A DNA stretch of 64,000 bases from a virus. The DNA lies in IMG/VR virus record IMGVR_UViG_3300027849_000009, one strand, 5' to 3'. Position 1 is the stretch's first letter. Every line of letters begins with the position of its first letter. A program made the translations under genes and the position numbers. The notes below the pieces were generated by a model. That model ran no database searches and was not told the DNA's origin. It saw nothing but the letters and a program-made list of their open reading frames with translations. Positions 20,141-30,001 of this stretch are shown here, piece by piece.

Positions 20141-20434
20141 ATGATGTCAGAAGAAAACGTGATTATTGATGAATTAGAAGCAGAACCTATTGAGACTGGT
20201 TCTGAACCTATCGCTGATTTAATTGATGCGATAAAAGCGCAAGACTTTAATGCGGCAGAATCTCAGTTCAACGATTTAGTTGGCGAGAGACTATCAGATA
20301 CACTTGATCAGGCGAAGATTGCTATTGCGGATCAAATCTTTAATGCACAAGCAGAGACTTGGGCAGATGCTGGCGACGATGCTGAGGATGACATTGAAGA
20401 AGAAGATGAAGACCTCGATGATTCAGAAGTATAA
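20141..20434 (+). CDS. Acidic prohead core-like protein (gp67 position)
   Basis: Very acidic small ORF after the portal; GGAG RBS. Confidence 0.6.
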   Translation: MMSEENVIIDELEAEPIETGSEPIADLIDAIKAQDFNAAESQFNDLVGERLSDTLDQAKIAIADQIFNAQAETWADAGDDAEDDIEEEDEDLDDSEV

Positions 20435-20453
20435 ATACTAATAAGTATAAATA
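20430..20453 (+). promoter_or_regulatory. Two tandem T4-type late promoters
   Basis: TATAAATA at 20430 and 20446. Confidence 0.75.
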
Positions 20454-20454
20454 A

Positions 20455-21093
20455 ATGCTAGTAGATAAAAAACGTGAAGCGGTCATTGAGAAGGCGTCAG
20501 AAGACCACCTCTATTACGTAATGAAGCATAAGGAACTGTTCGCGGTTCCTATGCATCTTAGCACAGTGCAGTACATGAATGCTAAGAATATGCGGAACCA
20601 ACTCAAGTTTAATGAGTTACTATATAAGAGGTTACTAGCATTTGATAGAGGCGGGATATACTTAGATATTGGAGTAGGACCTGCGTTTCTTGAGTATGCT
20701 AATAATGAATTAGGTAAGAAGTTACATCTATCTACAGTAGAGTGGGAAGAGCAAGTTGACCACTTTAAGTGTGTACGTGATTCGTGGAAAGTTACTGTCG
20801 ATTACGAATGCAATGATATATTGAAAGATGATTTTAAAATACATAATTGTGAGACGTACTATGATTATGTATTACTTCAGAGATTCTTTCCTGTCTATAA
20901 GACCACAGGAACACAAAGAATTGATGATGTACTGACTAAGTTTGTACCGTATGCAAAGACTGCGATTATCATTGAGTCTGATACGAATTGGACAAAAGTG
21001 CAGTGGAAATATCTACTGTCGATAAGTAAAGAACGTATTAAAGTCTATGGTGATTTTAATATGTTTATCATAGATTTGGAACAGTATAAATGA
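20455..21093 (+). CDS. Class I SAM-dependent methyltransferase-like protein
   Basis: Motif I YLDIGVGPA, acidic TVEWEE, YDYVLL strand. Confidence 0.6.
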   Translation: MLVDKKREAVIEKASEDHLYYVMKHKELFAVPMHLSTVQYMNAKNMRNQLKFNELLYKRLLAFDRGGIYLDIGVGPAFLEYANNELGKKLHLSTVEWEEQVDHFKCVRDSWKVTVDYECNDILKDDFKIHNCETYYDYVLLQRFFPVYKTTGTQRIDDVLTKFVPYAKTAIIIESDTNWTKVQWKYLLSISKERIKVYGDFNMFIIDLEQYK

Positions 21094-21296
21094 TATCATT
21101 CAAAGAAATTAGAGAAGCGAAGACTAAGATGCCTCCGGGTGATCATGTCTTCGATACTAAAGTTGGCAAAGTGAAGGTAATGATTCACAAAGATGCCAAA
21201 GGATTTACTGTCTTTATTGATGGTGAAAAACTCGACACCTATCGTTCGCAGAAAGAAGCGGAAAAGATGGGCGTAGCATTTGCCAAGGAAATGTAA
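21090..21296 (+). CDS. Small head-module protein
   Basis: MISFKEIRE N-terminus typical of T4-like head-associated proteins; coupled to gp21. Confidence 0.55.
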   Translation: MISFKEIREAKTKMPPGDHVFDTKVGKVKVMIHKDAKGFTVFIDGEKLDTYRSQKEAEKMGVAFAKEM

Positions 21297-21955
21297 TGAA
21301 ACTGATCACTGAATACACAGAGAATGATGTACAATGCATTGTCGAAAAGAATGCACAAGGTGAGAAGAAGTTTGTCATTGAAGGCATCTTTATGTCGGCA
21401 GAGCAAAAGAATAGAAATGGTCGTATTTACCCTAAGCAGATTATGGAACGTGCTGTAGATAAATACGTCAAAGAACAAGTAAGTCAGAAGCGAGCGGTTG
21501 GTGAGTTGAATCACCCCGAAGGTCCGACTGTAAATCTTGATAAAGTTTCACATCTCATTACTGACCTCCAGTGGGAAGGTAATGATGTTGTTGGAAAGGC
21601 ACAAATATTGGATACTCCGATGGGTAGGATTGTAAAAGGTCTTCTCGAAGGTGGCGTTCAACTAGGTGTGTCAACTCGTGGTATGGGTAGTCTTGAGAAT
21701 AGAAATGGCGTTATGTACGTTAAAGATGACTTTATGTTAAATACTGTTGACATCGTACAAGATCCATCGGCACCATCAGCATTTGTTAATGGTATCATGG
21801 AAGGCGTTGACTGGGTATGGAACAATGGTATCCTCTCTTCTCAGGTAATTGAAAATATGGAGACAGAAATAAGAACTGCTCCGAAAAAGCATCTCTATGA
21901 GACGCAGGTTCGGGAGTACAAGAATTTCCTCTCATTACTCAAGTCAAACTATTAA
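21296..21955 (+). CDS. gp21: Prohead protease gp21
   Basis: KNRNGRIYP, GELNHP, GVSTRGMGS, DIVQDPSAPSA. Confidence 0.96.
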   Translation: MKLITEYTENDVQCIVEKNAQGEKKFVIEGIFMSAEQKNRNGRIYPKQIMERAVDKYVKEQVSQKRAVGELNHPEGPTVNLDKVSHLITDLQWEGNDVVGKAQILDTPMGRIVKGLLEGGVQLGVSTRGMGSLENRNGVMYVKDDFMLNTVDIVQDPSAPSAFVNGIMEGVDWVWNNGILSSQVIENMETEIRTAPKKHLYETQVREYKNFLSLLKSNY

Positions 21956-21965
21956 GGAGTCAAAC

Positions 21966-23018
21966 ATGTCGGAAGATATGAATGTTGAACTTCCTATTGA
22001 TGAGAATACATCAGTCGAGGAAGGAAGTGTACAACAAATGCCAGTAGGCACCGAAGCAGACGCAGTTGCGTCCGTAGATAAAGCAGAAGATGGAGTTAAG
22101 TCTAAAGCGCCAGCACGTAAGGGCGACAATACTAAACAAGATCCTGCACCAAAGACCAAAGCAGGTCTGCTCAATGCAATGTATGGTAAGTTATCTTCTT
22201 TGAAGAAAGCGGATCTAAACGCTGTATATACCAAGTTCTCAGAAGATTTTGATTTTGAAGATATGGAAGTTTCAGATGCAGTTGCACTGCCTGAATTCTC
22301 TGTAACAGATGAGTTGAATGACCTTGTAGAATCTGAGCAAACTTTATCAGATGAGTTTAAAGCGAAAACTGCTGTAATCTTTGACACTGCTATTCGTTCA
22401 AAACTTTCAGAAGAAGTTGAAAGAATTGAAGATGAATACCAATCACGACTTGACGAAGAACTAGAGGCAACTCGAAGTGACCTTGTTGAGAAAGTAGATT
22501 CATATCTTAACTACGTAGTTGAGAACTGGATGAAAGAGAATCAGATTGCTGTTGAATCTGGTCTGCGTACTGAAATCGCTGAGAACTTTATGGGCAGTCT
22601 GAAAGACTTGTTTGTAGAATCTTACATCGAAGTACCTGAATCCAAAGTGAATCTTGTAGACGAACTAGCGGAGCAAGTTTCTGAGTTAGAAGAGAAACTT
22701 AATGCACAAACTGGTTCTGCCATAGAAATGTCTGAGAAGTTAGAAACTCTACAGCGTGACGCGATTATTCGTGAATCTGCTGGCGATCTTGCTGACACTC
22801 AGGTTGAGAAGTTAAAAGGTCTAGTTGAATCACTCGACTTCGAAGATGCTGAATCTTTCGCACAGAAAGTAAAGACTGTTAAAGAGTCCTACTTTAAGAA
22901 AGACGTAGTAACTGTAGAAGAAGAAATCAACGAAGATTGGTCTGCTGAAGCATCTGCACCTGCACAAGGTTCAGTTATGGATCAGTACCTTACACAAATC
23001 AAAAAATCAAACAAGTAA
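21966..23018 (+). CDS. gp22: Prohead scaffold gp22
   Basis: Acidic coiled coil; VDSYLNYVVENWMKEN, GLRTEIAENF; AAGGAG RBS before ATG 21966. Confidence 0.93.
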   Translation: MSEDMNVELPIDENTSVEEGSVQQMPVGTEADAVASVDKAEDGVKSKAPARKGDNTKQDPAPKTKAGLLNAMYGKLSSLKKADLNAVYTKFSEDFDFEDMEVSDAVALPEFSVTDELNDLVESEQTLSDEFKAKTAVIFDTAIRSKLSEEVERIEDEYQSRLDEELEATRSDLVEKVDSYLNYVVENWMKENQIAVESGLRTEIAENFMGSLKDLFVESYIEVPESKVNLVDELAEQVSELEEKLNAQTGSAIEMSEKLETLQRDAIIRESAGDLADTQVEKLKGLVESLDFEDAESFAQKVKTVKESYFKKDVVTVEEEINEDWSAEASAPAQGSVMDQYLTQIKKSNK

Positions 23019-23037
23019 ATACTAGGAGTATTAACAA

Positions 23038-24381
23038 ATGCAACAATCATACGATAAATTAATCGAAAAGTGGAGTCCAGTATTGGACGAAAGTTCTGCC
23101 GGTGTTATCACTGACAACCACAAAAAAGCAGTAACCGCCGCTATCCTTGAGAACCAAGAGAAAGCATTCCTCGAAGAAAGCAACATGCTTAACGAAACAC
23201 CAACAAACACCAACGCTACTGTAACAGGTACTGCTAACTGGAATCCAGTATTGATTGCACTCGTTCGTCGTGCAATGCCTAACTTGATGGCATACGATCT
23301 TGCTGGTGTTCAACCTATGACTGGTCCTACTGGTTTGATCTTCGCTATGAAGAGCAACTACAAGACTACTCGTGCCGGTGCTACTTCTGGTGACGAAGCA
23401 TTGTACAACGAAGCAGTAACTGGTTTCTCTGGTGATTCTTCTGCTACTACTGATGGTCGTGGTTCTTCTGGTCTAGTTGGCGCAACTGATACTGACGTTG
23501 ACTCAAGCATTGCTGATTCTGGTTCTGTCTATGTACCAAAAGTTGGCGGCGCTATGCCTACTGCTGATGCTGAAGCACTTGGTGGTGCTACCGGTTCTGC
23601 ATTCGCTGAAATGGGTTTCTCAATCGAGAAAGCAACTGTAACCGCTAAGTCTCGTGCATTGAAAGCAGAATACTCGCTTGAACTTGCTCAGGATCTTAAA
23701 GCAATCCACGGTTTGGATGCTGAAACTGAACTTGCAAACATCTTGTCTACTGAGATTCTTGCTGAGATCAACCGCGAAATCGTTCGTACTATCAACAGTC
23801 AAGCGAAGATCGGTTGTCTTACTTCTAACGTCCAGACTCAAGGTATCTTTGACTTGTCAACTGATGCAGACGGTCGTTGGAGCGTAGAGAAGTTCAAAGG
23901 TTTGTTAGTTCAAATCGAACGCGAAAGCAACCAAATCGCCAAAGACACTCGTCGCGGTAAAGGTAACGTAGTAATCTGTTCTTCAGATGTTGCTACTGCC
24001 CTTGTTGCTGCCGGTATGCTTGATTATTCACCTGCTATCTCTGCTAACTTGAACGTAGATGATACTGGTAATACCTTTGCTGGTGTTCTTAACGGTCGCA
24101 CTAAAGTGTTCATCGATCCCTACGCCACTGGTGACTATGTTACTGTTGGTTATAAAGGCACTAACCCATATGACGCTGGTATCTTCTACTGCCCATATGT
24201 TCCTTTACAAATGGTTCGCGCAGTTGGCGAGAATGATTTCCAACCACGTATCGGGTTCAAGACTCGTTATGGTATGGTATCTAACCCATATGCTGGAACT
24301 GCTGGTGCTCAAGACGGACTTGCTGCCGCTCGTACCAACCAATACTACCGTATCTTCCGCGTAGACAACATCCTCGCATAA
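23038..24381 (+). CDS. gp23: Major capsid protein gp23
   Basis: VRRAMPNL, GVQPMTGPTGLIFAM, ELAQDLKAIHGLDAE, FYCPYVPL. Confidence 0.98.
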   Translation: MQQSYDKLIEKWSPVLDESSAGVITDNHKKAVTAAILENQEKAFLEESNMLNETPTNTNATVTGTANWNPVLIALVRRAMPNLMAYDLAGVQPMTGPTGLIFAMKSNYKTTRAGATSGDEALYNEAVTGFSGDSSATTDGRGSSGLVGATDTDVDSSIADSGSVYVPKVGGAMPTADAEALGGATGSAFAEMGFSIEKATVTAKSRALKAEYSLELAQDLKAIHGLDAETELANILSTEILAEINREIVRTINSQAKIGCLTSNVQTQGIFDLSTDADGRWSVEKFKGLLVQIERESNQIAKDTRRGKGNVVICSSDVATALVAAGMLDYSPAISANLNVDDTGNTFAGVLNGRTKVFIDPYATGDYVTVGYKGTNPYDAGIFYCPYVPLQMVRAVGENDFQPRIGFKTRYGMVSNPYAGTAGAQDGLAAARTNQYYRIFRVDNILA

Positions 24382-24428
24382 GACTGTAGTAGAAAAGATA
24401 ATAATAAGAAACTTGTTTTAATCTTTAT

Positions 24429-24455
24429 ACCCCTCCTCACGGAGGGGTTTTTTTT
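24429..24455 (+). terminator. Rho-independent terminator after gp23
   Basis: ACCCCTCC-TCAC-GGAGGGGT followed by a T-run. Confidence 0.9.
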
Positions 24456-24495
24456 GTCTGCTAAATAGTTCTATAATTAAACTCTGAGAAACGTG

Positions 24496-24681
24496 ATGCC
24501 TACATACAATTATGAATGTAAGAAGTGTGAAAACAAATTAGAAGTGATGCAAAAAATGTCAGACGATCCATTGACTACTTGTCCTAAATGTAAAGAAGAA
24601 GAACTAAAGAAAGTCTTTGTTGCTGGTGGTGGTGGGTTTCATCTTAAAGGAAAAGGATGGTTTAAGACTGGTGGATACTAA
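24496..24681 (+). CDS. FmdB-family zinc-ribbon protein
   Basis: MPTYNYECKKC...CPKC...FHLKGKGWFKT. Confidence 0.85.
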   Translation: MPTYNYECKKCENKLEVMQKMSDDPLTTCPKCKEEELKKVFVAGGGGFHLKGKGWFKTGGY

Positions 24682-24692
24682 GTTAAAACTTG

Positions 24693-24700
24693 TATAAATA
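24693..24700 (+). promoter_or_regulatory. T4-type late promoter
   Basis: TATAAATA before gp3. Confidence 0.8.
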
Positions 24701-24725
24701 TCTGTATAAACTGGAGTAAGAAACA

Positions 24726-25229
24726 ATGACTGACTTTACATGCGATACTAACTATCTCGCACCAACTGGATTTAAGATCACGATATCTCGTGAGAACTTT
24801 CCTAATTTACAATTCTTCGCACAGCAAGTAATGCATCCCTCTATGGAGATGAATGCTGTTGATGTTGGTTACAGAAGAGCGTCTGTTGCATTGACAGGTG
24901 ATACAGTCGGGTTCGGCACATTGTCTATGGATATTCTAATGGACGAGAACATGAATACTTACGAAGAACTGTTTCAGTGGATGGAAAGAATGGTTGAAAC
25001 ACCACACAGACCTAATACTGGTAGACTTCTAGGTGGTATAAGTGATGTCGCACACTACTGTGATATTAGAGTGGCAGTGCTGACTAGTGGCAATAATGTT
25101 GCAAGAGAACTGAAGTATGTCAACTCATTTCCTATATCATTAGGTGATATTACTTTTGCTTCGACCAACGATGGACAGTTTATTACGTTCCCAGTATCGT
25201 TTAAGTTTGACTATTTTGATTTTGTGTGA
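24726..25229 (+). CDS. gp3: Tail completion protein gp3
   Basis: NYLAPTGFK, DENMNTYEEL, FPISLGDI; position between gp23 and uvsY. Confidence 0.85.
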   Translation: MTDFTCDTNYLAPTGFKITISRENFPNLQFFAQQVMHPSMEMNAVDVGYRRASVALTGDTVGFGTLSMDILMDENMNTYEELFQWMERMVETPHRPNTGRLLGGISDVAHYCDIRVAVLTSGNNVARELKYVNSFPISLGDITFASTNDGQFITFPVSFKFDYFDFV

Positions 25230-25254
25230 TATAATAGTGTAGTTAATAACTACA
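25207..25254 (+). promoter_or_regulatory. Sigma70-type promoter for uvsY followed by a short inverted repeat
   Basis: TTGACT(25207)-17-TATAAT(25230); TGTAGTT-AAT-AACTACA at 25238-25254 then TTTTT. Confidence 0.75.
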
Positions 25255-25272
25255 TTTTTAAGGTGAAATATT

Positions 25273-25716
25273 ATGGATTTACAAACTGTTCTACAAGAAT
25301 GGAAGAAAGACTGTGAAATTGAGTTTAACCAATTAGACGTTAGTTCCCAGGAGACACCCCGTCTTCATGCTAAGTATCTAACATTACTCTCTGACTCGCG
25401 CCTGAAGTTAAAGGACGTGGAGTTCAAGCAGAAATTACTACTTAAAGATAAGTGGTTATATTACCAAGGTAAGATGTCTCGTGAAGATATTGAACGGAAA
25501 GGATGGAATCCTGATCCTTTTGATGGTCTGAAGATTCTTAAAGGTGAGATGGATTACTACTACAACTCTGACCCCGAGATCATGAAGAGCGAGGCAAGGA
25601 TCACATATATAAAAGAACTAATCGATGTGTTGAAAGAAATCGTCGAGAACATTAAGTGGCGACACCAGACAATCGGAAATATGATACGATGGAAGCAATT
25701 TGAAGCAGGATTCTAA
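25273..25716 (+). CDS. uvsY: Recombination mediator UvsY
   Basis: PRLHAKYL, KWLYYQGK, IGNMIRWKQFEAG; precedes uvsW. Confidence 0.9.
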   Translation: MDLQTVLQEWKKDCEIEFNQLDVSSQETPRLHAKYLTLLSDSRLKLKDVEFKQKLLLKDKWLYYQGKMSREDIERKGWNPDPFDGLKILKGEMDYYYNSDPEIMKSEARITYIKELIDVLKEIVENIKWRHQTIGNMIRWKQFEAGF

Positions 25717-27192
25717 ATGCAAACAATAACCCTGAAAATGAAAGATTACTCGATGCTTCAATTGGTGGAGTGTGACCCTGATGTGGTCCATGAATTGAGT
25801 GAACACTTTACATTTGAGGTACCTGGTGCGAAGTTCATGCCCGCTGTAAAGAAGCGGTTGTGGGACGGCAAGATAAGAATGCTGGATCGTAACACAGGAC
25901 AGATCAATGCAGGGTTATACTATGCTATAAAGAAGTTTGCTATGCAACGTGGGTATGGCATCAAGGTGGACGAAGGTGCTTACGGTTTCCCGTACGAAAC
26001 TAACAAAGTCAATCACTTAGAGACTATGAATTGGATGGATACTTTAGGTATTCCATTCAAACCTCGCGACTATCAGTATGATGCTATAACACATGCAATC
26101 ACATATAAGCGATGCATTCTAATATCACCGACTGGTTCTGGCAAATCCTTTATCATCTATCTGTTAATGCAATGGTACATGGCGAATCATGATAAGAAGA
26201 TTCTTGTTATTGTTCCGACAACATCTCTTGTTGAGCAGATGTATGCTGACTTTAAATCATACGGAATGGATGTAGATAACGAAGTACACAAGATTTATTC
26301 TGGTAAAGATAAAGAGACTGATAAGCGTATTGTTGTCACAACATGGCAGTCCATCTATAAGTTACACCCAGTTTGGTTCGAAAACTATGGTGCTATCTTT
26401 GGTGATGAAGTACATGGATTCAAGTCGAAGTCCTTATCATCTATTATGAACAAAGCAAAGAATGCTGAATATAGATGGGGAACAACAGGCACACTCGACG
26501 GTACTCAAGTACATAAGTTAGTACTAGAGGGACTATTTGGTCCAGTACATCGTGTTACTACTACACACGCACTACAAGAAAATGAGACATTAGCAAAACT
26601 CGATATTGATATCATACTGCTGAAGTATGCCGAAGAGTTTTGTAAGTTGACCGAAGGCAGGACTTACCAAGAAGAGATTGATTTCATTGTATCATATGAG
26701 AAGCGTAATAACTTTATTGCAAACCTCGCAATCAATCAGAAAGGAAATACGCTAGTACTATTCAACTTAGTTGATAGACATGGTAAAGTTCTACGTGATT
26801 TAGTAGAAGATAAACTTAAAGAAGGACAAAGGATATTCTATGTTAGTGGGGAGACGAAGACAGCAGATAGAGAGCAGATCCGTAATATCGTTGATAAGCA
26901 TAATAATTGTATCATTGTTGCCTCTCTTGGCACTTTTTCTACTGGTATTAACATTCGAAATTTGCATAACATTATATTCGCGTCTCCGAGCAAGTCTCAG
27001 ATACGTGTACTCCAGTCTATCGGGCGTGGGTTAAGGCAGAGTGATGATGGTTCAACTGCTAAGTTATATGATATAGCAGATGATCTACATATAGGTAAGA
27101 AAGCAAACTTTACTCTTCGCCATAGTGCGGAAAGAATAAAGATATATACTAGTGAGAAGTTTCCCTATAAGATAACTCAGGTTGATATATGA
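25717..27192 (+). CDS. uvsW: SF2 helicase UvsW
   Basis: SPTGSGKS, GDEVH, QSIGRGLR, WDGKIR. Confidence 0.96.
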   Translation: MQTITLKMKDYSMLQLVECDPDVVHELSEHFTFEVPGAKFMPAVKKRLWDGKIRMLDRNTGQINAGLYYAIKKFAMQRGYGIKVDEGAYGFPYETNKVNHLETMNWMDTLGIPFKPRDYQYDAITHAITYKRCILISPTGSGKSFIIYLLMQWYMANHDKKILVIVPTTSLVEQMYADFKSYGMDVDNEVHKIYSGKDKETDKRIVVTTWQSIYKLHPVWFENYGAIFGDEVHGFKSKSLSSIMNKAKNAEYRWGTTGTLDGTQVHKLVLEGLFGPVHRVTTTHALQENETLAKLDIDIILLKYAEEFCKLTEGRTYQEEIDFIVSYEKRNNFIANLAINQKGNTLVLFNLVDRHGKVLRDLVEDKLKEGQRIFYVSGETKTADREQIRNIVDKHNNCIIVASLGTFSTGINIRNLHNIIFASPSKSQIRVLQSIGRGLRQSDDGSTAKLYDIADDLHIGKKANFTLRHSAERIKIYTSEKFPYKITQVDI

Positions 27193-27677
27193 TGAACGAA
27201 TTAGATTTTGCACAATTTAAGTTAGCAAGCGGACACGAAGTTGTCTGTGAAGTATTAGAGTGGACCGATCCTGCTATTCCAGACTCTAAAGAAATTATTA
27301 TTAAAAATGTTATGCAGATAATTAATGGTCAAGTCAACGAGTCTGGTGAAAGCATTTTCATGTTTCGCCCTTTCGTTAATTTCTGTGAAGGCGAGAAAGA
27401 ATATATGGTGATGGATATGAGTCATGTTCTTACGGTGAATCGACCTAACAAACATCTTACTGCCGAGTTCATCTATGCAGTAGATGAGATGAATGCTATT
27501 GCTCAGGATAGGGATGATGAAGTTGCTGAAGCAGAAGAATTATTTGCACAGAACCTAGAGAAGAATAAAGGACGCTTAGAAGCATCGATGAAACGTGTTA
27601 TGAGCAAAGATGGTGATAATGTTGTTCAGTTTCCTTTTATGAAGAATAAACCAGAAGACGATGATATTATTCACTGA
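27189..27677 (+). CDS. Hypothetical protein (Sm-like N-terminus)
   Basis: QFKLASGHEVVCEV; usual position after uvsW. Confidence 0.6.
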   Translation: MMNELDFAQFKLASGHEVVCEVLEWTDPAIPDSKEIIIKNVMQIINGQVNESGESIFMFRPFVNFCEGEKEYMVMDMSHVLTVNRPNKHLTAEFIYAVDEMNAIAQDRDDEVAEAEELFAQNLEKNKGRLEASMKRVMSKDGDNVVQFPFMKNKPEDDDIIH

Positions 27678-27721
27678 GTGTCTAAAGAGTTTTTCTTTGT
27701 GATTAAAAACGTGCTAAGTGC

Positions 27722-27750
27722 ATTATACTATAAATGAAGAAGGATGTCAA
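27722..27750 (-). promoter_or_regulatory. Antisense consensus sigma70 promoter
   Basis: Minus strand reads TTGACA-tccttcttcatttatag(17)-TATAAT-gcactta. Confidence 0.8.
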
Positions 27751-27776
27751 CCTTTTTCTTTAATTATTTTTACTAC

Positions 27777-27805
27777 TTGACAACCGTTCATTAATAGTGT
27801 ATAAT
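27777..27805 (+). promoter_or_regulatory. Consensus sigma70 promoter
   Basis: TTGACA-17-TATAAT. Confidence 0.85.
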
Positions 27806-27837
27806 GGACTCTATATTAAAAGAAATGGCATTATATT

Positions 27838-28314
27838 ATGAAAATTGGTTTCACTTGCTCCGCATTCGATCTGCTACATGCTGGTCACGTACAGATGCTC
27901 CGCAACGCAAAAGAACAATGTGAATATCTTATAGTAGGACTTCAAGTTGACCCTCAACTAGATCGACCCACAAAGAACGCACCCATCCAAACTATCGTTG
28001 AACGCTACACGCAACTTCAAGCGTGTTCGTATGTTGACGAGATTGTCCCATACAGCACCGAACGTGACCTCACTGACATTCTTTCTATGTACGATATAGA
28101 TGTACGTATACTTGGCGAAGAATATAAAGATAAAGAATTTACTGGCAGAGACCTCTGTCGTAAGCGCGGTATGCACATCTACTTTAACGAAAGATCCCAC
28201 AGATTCTCATCTTCTGATTTAAGACAGAGAGTGGTTGACAATCAGAAAGAAGTAGTGTATAATAAACCAACAAACGAAGTTACACAAACCCTTAACCCGA
28301 GTAAGCAAAGATAA
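27838..28314 (+). CDS. TagD-like cytidylyltransferase
   Basis: FDLLHAGH (HxGH), YVDEIVPY, RFSSSDLR. Confidence 0.88.
   Translation: MKIGFTCSAFDLLHAGHVQMLRNAKEQCEYLIVGLQVDPQLDRPTKNAPIQTIVERYTQLQACSYVDEIVPYSTERDLTDILSMYDIDVRILGEEYKDKEFTGRDLCRKRGMHIYFNERSHRFSSSDLRQRVVDNQKEVVYNKPTNEVTQTLNPSKQR
28235..28263 (+). promoter_or_regulatory. Consensus sigma70 promoter for gp55, inside the upstream CDS
   Basis: TTGACA-17-TATAAT. Confidence 0.8.
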
Positions 28315-28925
28315 TGAAAGAACCAACAAAGAAACTAAAACCGAAAGAGAAACCGCATTACGTTAATAATGCTCTGTTCTCACAGTCGGTAGTAGACTAT
28401 GTTGCATCTAAGAATGCCGCAGTAGCGAAGGGCGAAGTACCACCAATCGTCACTAACTACATTGCGGAATGCTTTTTAAAGATATGTGAAGGACTATCAC
28501 ACAAAGCAAATTTCGTCCGATATACGTATCGCGAAGAGATGGTAATGGATGCTGTAGAAAACTGCCTTAAAGCAATTGAAAACTATAATCTGGAGACTGC
28601 TACACGAACTGGTAAACCTAATGCATTTGCATACTTCACACAGATTAGTTGGTATGCGTTTCTTCGTCGTATCGAGAAAGAGAAGAAGCAACAGGACATT
28701 AAAGTACGCTACTTGTCAGAGAGTGGTTTGTCCGAACTAGTGAGTAGTGAATTGCTTGATGCCGGAGTACAACAGCAGACACAAGCGTTTGTCGAAGAGT
28801 TGCGTGGTAGAATCGACTATGTTAAGTCCAATGATAGACTCATTAAAGAGTATGCCAAAGACACAAAGCGTAAACGTCGAAGTCGCTCTGTTGATTCTGA
28901 TTTGACTGGTCACTTTGAGGAATAA
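28314..28925 (+). CDS. gp55: Late sigma factor gp55
   Basis: HYVNN, YTYREEMVMDAVENC, NAFAYFTQI, AFLRRIEKEKKQ. Confidence 0.96.
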   Translation: MKEPTKKLKPKEKPHYVNNALFSQSVVDYVASKNAAVAKGEVPPIVTNYIAECFLKICEGLSHKANFVRYTYREEMVMDAVENCLKAIENYNLETATRTGKPNAFAYFTQISWYAFLRRIEKEKKQQDIKVRYLSESGLSELVSSELLDAGVQQQTQAFVEELRGRIDYVKSNDRLIKEYAKDTKRKRRSRSVDSDLTGHFEE

Positions 28926-28927
28926 CG

Positions 28928-30001
28928 GTGAAGATTGCTTTTCTAAATGACACCCATTGTGGTGTAAGAAATTCTTCTGAAGTCTTCATGGACTATCAAG
29001 AGAGATTCTATCGCGATGTATTCTTTCCATATCTGAAAGAGAACGGTATTACTAAGATTGTACATCTTGGTGATTATTATGAGAATAGAAAGACCATTAA
29101 CTTTAAGGCACTAGAACACAATCGTAAGATATTCCTAGAGAAACTTCGTGAGTATGGTATACACATGGACATTATCCCGGGCAATCACGATGTGTACTAC
29201 AAGAACACGAATCAACTGAATGCTCTAAAAGAACTACTCGGACATTATATGGCAGAGGTTCGTATCATCGAAAAACCTACTGTTGTTAATTATGATGGTC
29301 TTGATTTTGCACTTGTTCCGTGGATAAACCAAGATAACGAAAAGCACACGATGGAGTTTCTTGCTACGTGTAAAGCATCTCATGTAGGTGCGCACTTGGA
29401 GTTAGAAGGGTTTGAGATGCAAGCGGGTATCCCTTGTGTACATGGTATGAAATCATCGACGTTCGATAGATTCGAAATGGTTCTATCTGGTCACTTCCAT
29501 ACCAAGTCACAGCAAGGACCGATTCATTATCTTGGGTCACAGTACGAGTTCTTCTGGTCTGATGCACATGATCCTAAGTACTTCCATGTCCTAGACACAG
29601 ACACTCGTGAACTGACACCTGTACATAATCCACTACGTATCTTTGAACGTGTATACTATGATGATACAGTAGAGAAAGCAGACTACAAGTATGGCATTGG
29701 TGAACTACCTGACGTAGACCATAAGTATGTTAAGTTAGTTGTAGTGAACAAATCTAAACCTAAATTGTTCGAGAAGTTCGTGGATCGTTTGCAGATGAAA
29801 CAGATACATGAACTGAAGATTGCAGAGAACTTTTCTGAGTTTATGGGTGATGATGTTGATGATGATAAAATAAATGTTGACTCTACCGAAGATTTGTTGT
29901 ATACTTACATAGACGCTGTAGATACAGTCTTAGATAAAGATCGTATCAAAGGCGAAGTTCGACAATTAATGATTGAGGCACAGACCCTAGATATAGTATG
30001 A
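28928..30001 (+). CDS. gp47: Recombination nuclease gp47 (Mre11-like)
   Basis: DTHCG, HLGD, GNHD, SGHFH. Confidence 0.95.
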   Translation: MKIAFLNDTHCGVRNSSEVFMDYQERFYRDVFFPYLKENGITKIVHLGDYYENRKTINFKALEHNRKIFLEKLREYGIHMDIIPGNHDVYYKNTNQLNALKELLGHYMAEVRIIEKPTVVNYDGLDFALVPWINQDNEKHTMEFLATCKASHVGAHLELEGFEMQAGIPCVHGMKSSTFDRFEMVLSGHFHTKSQQGPIHYLGSQYEFFWSDAHDPKYFHVLDTDTRELTPVHNPLRIFERVYYDDTVEKADYKYGIGELPDVDHKYVKLVVVNKSKPKLFEKFVDRLQMKQIHELKIAENFSEFMGDDVDDDKINVDSTEDLLYTYIDAVDTVLDKDRIKGEVRQLMIEAQTLDIV

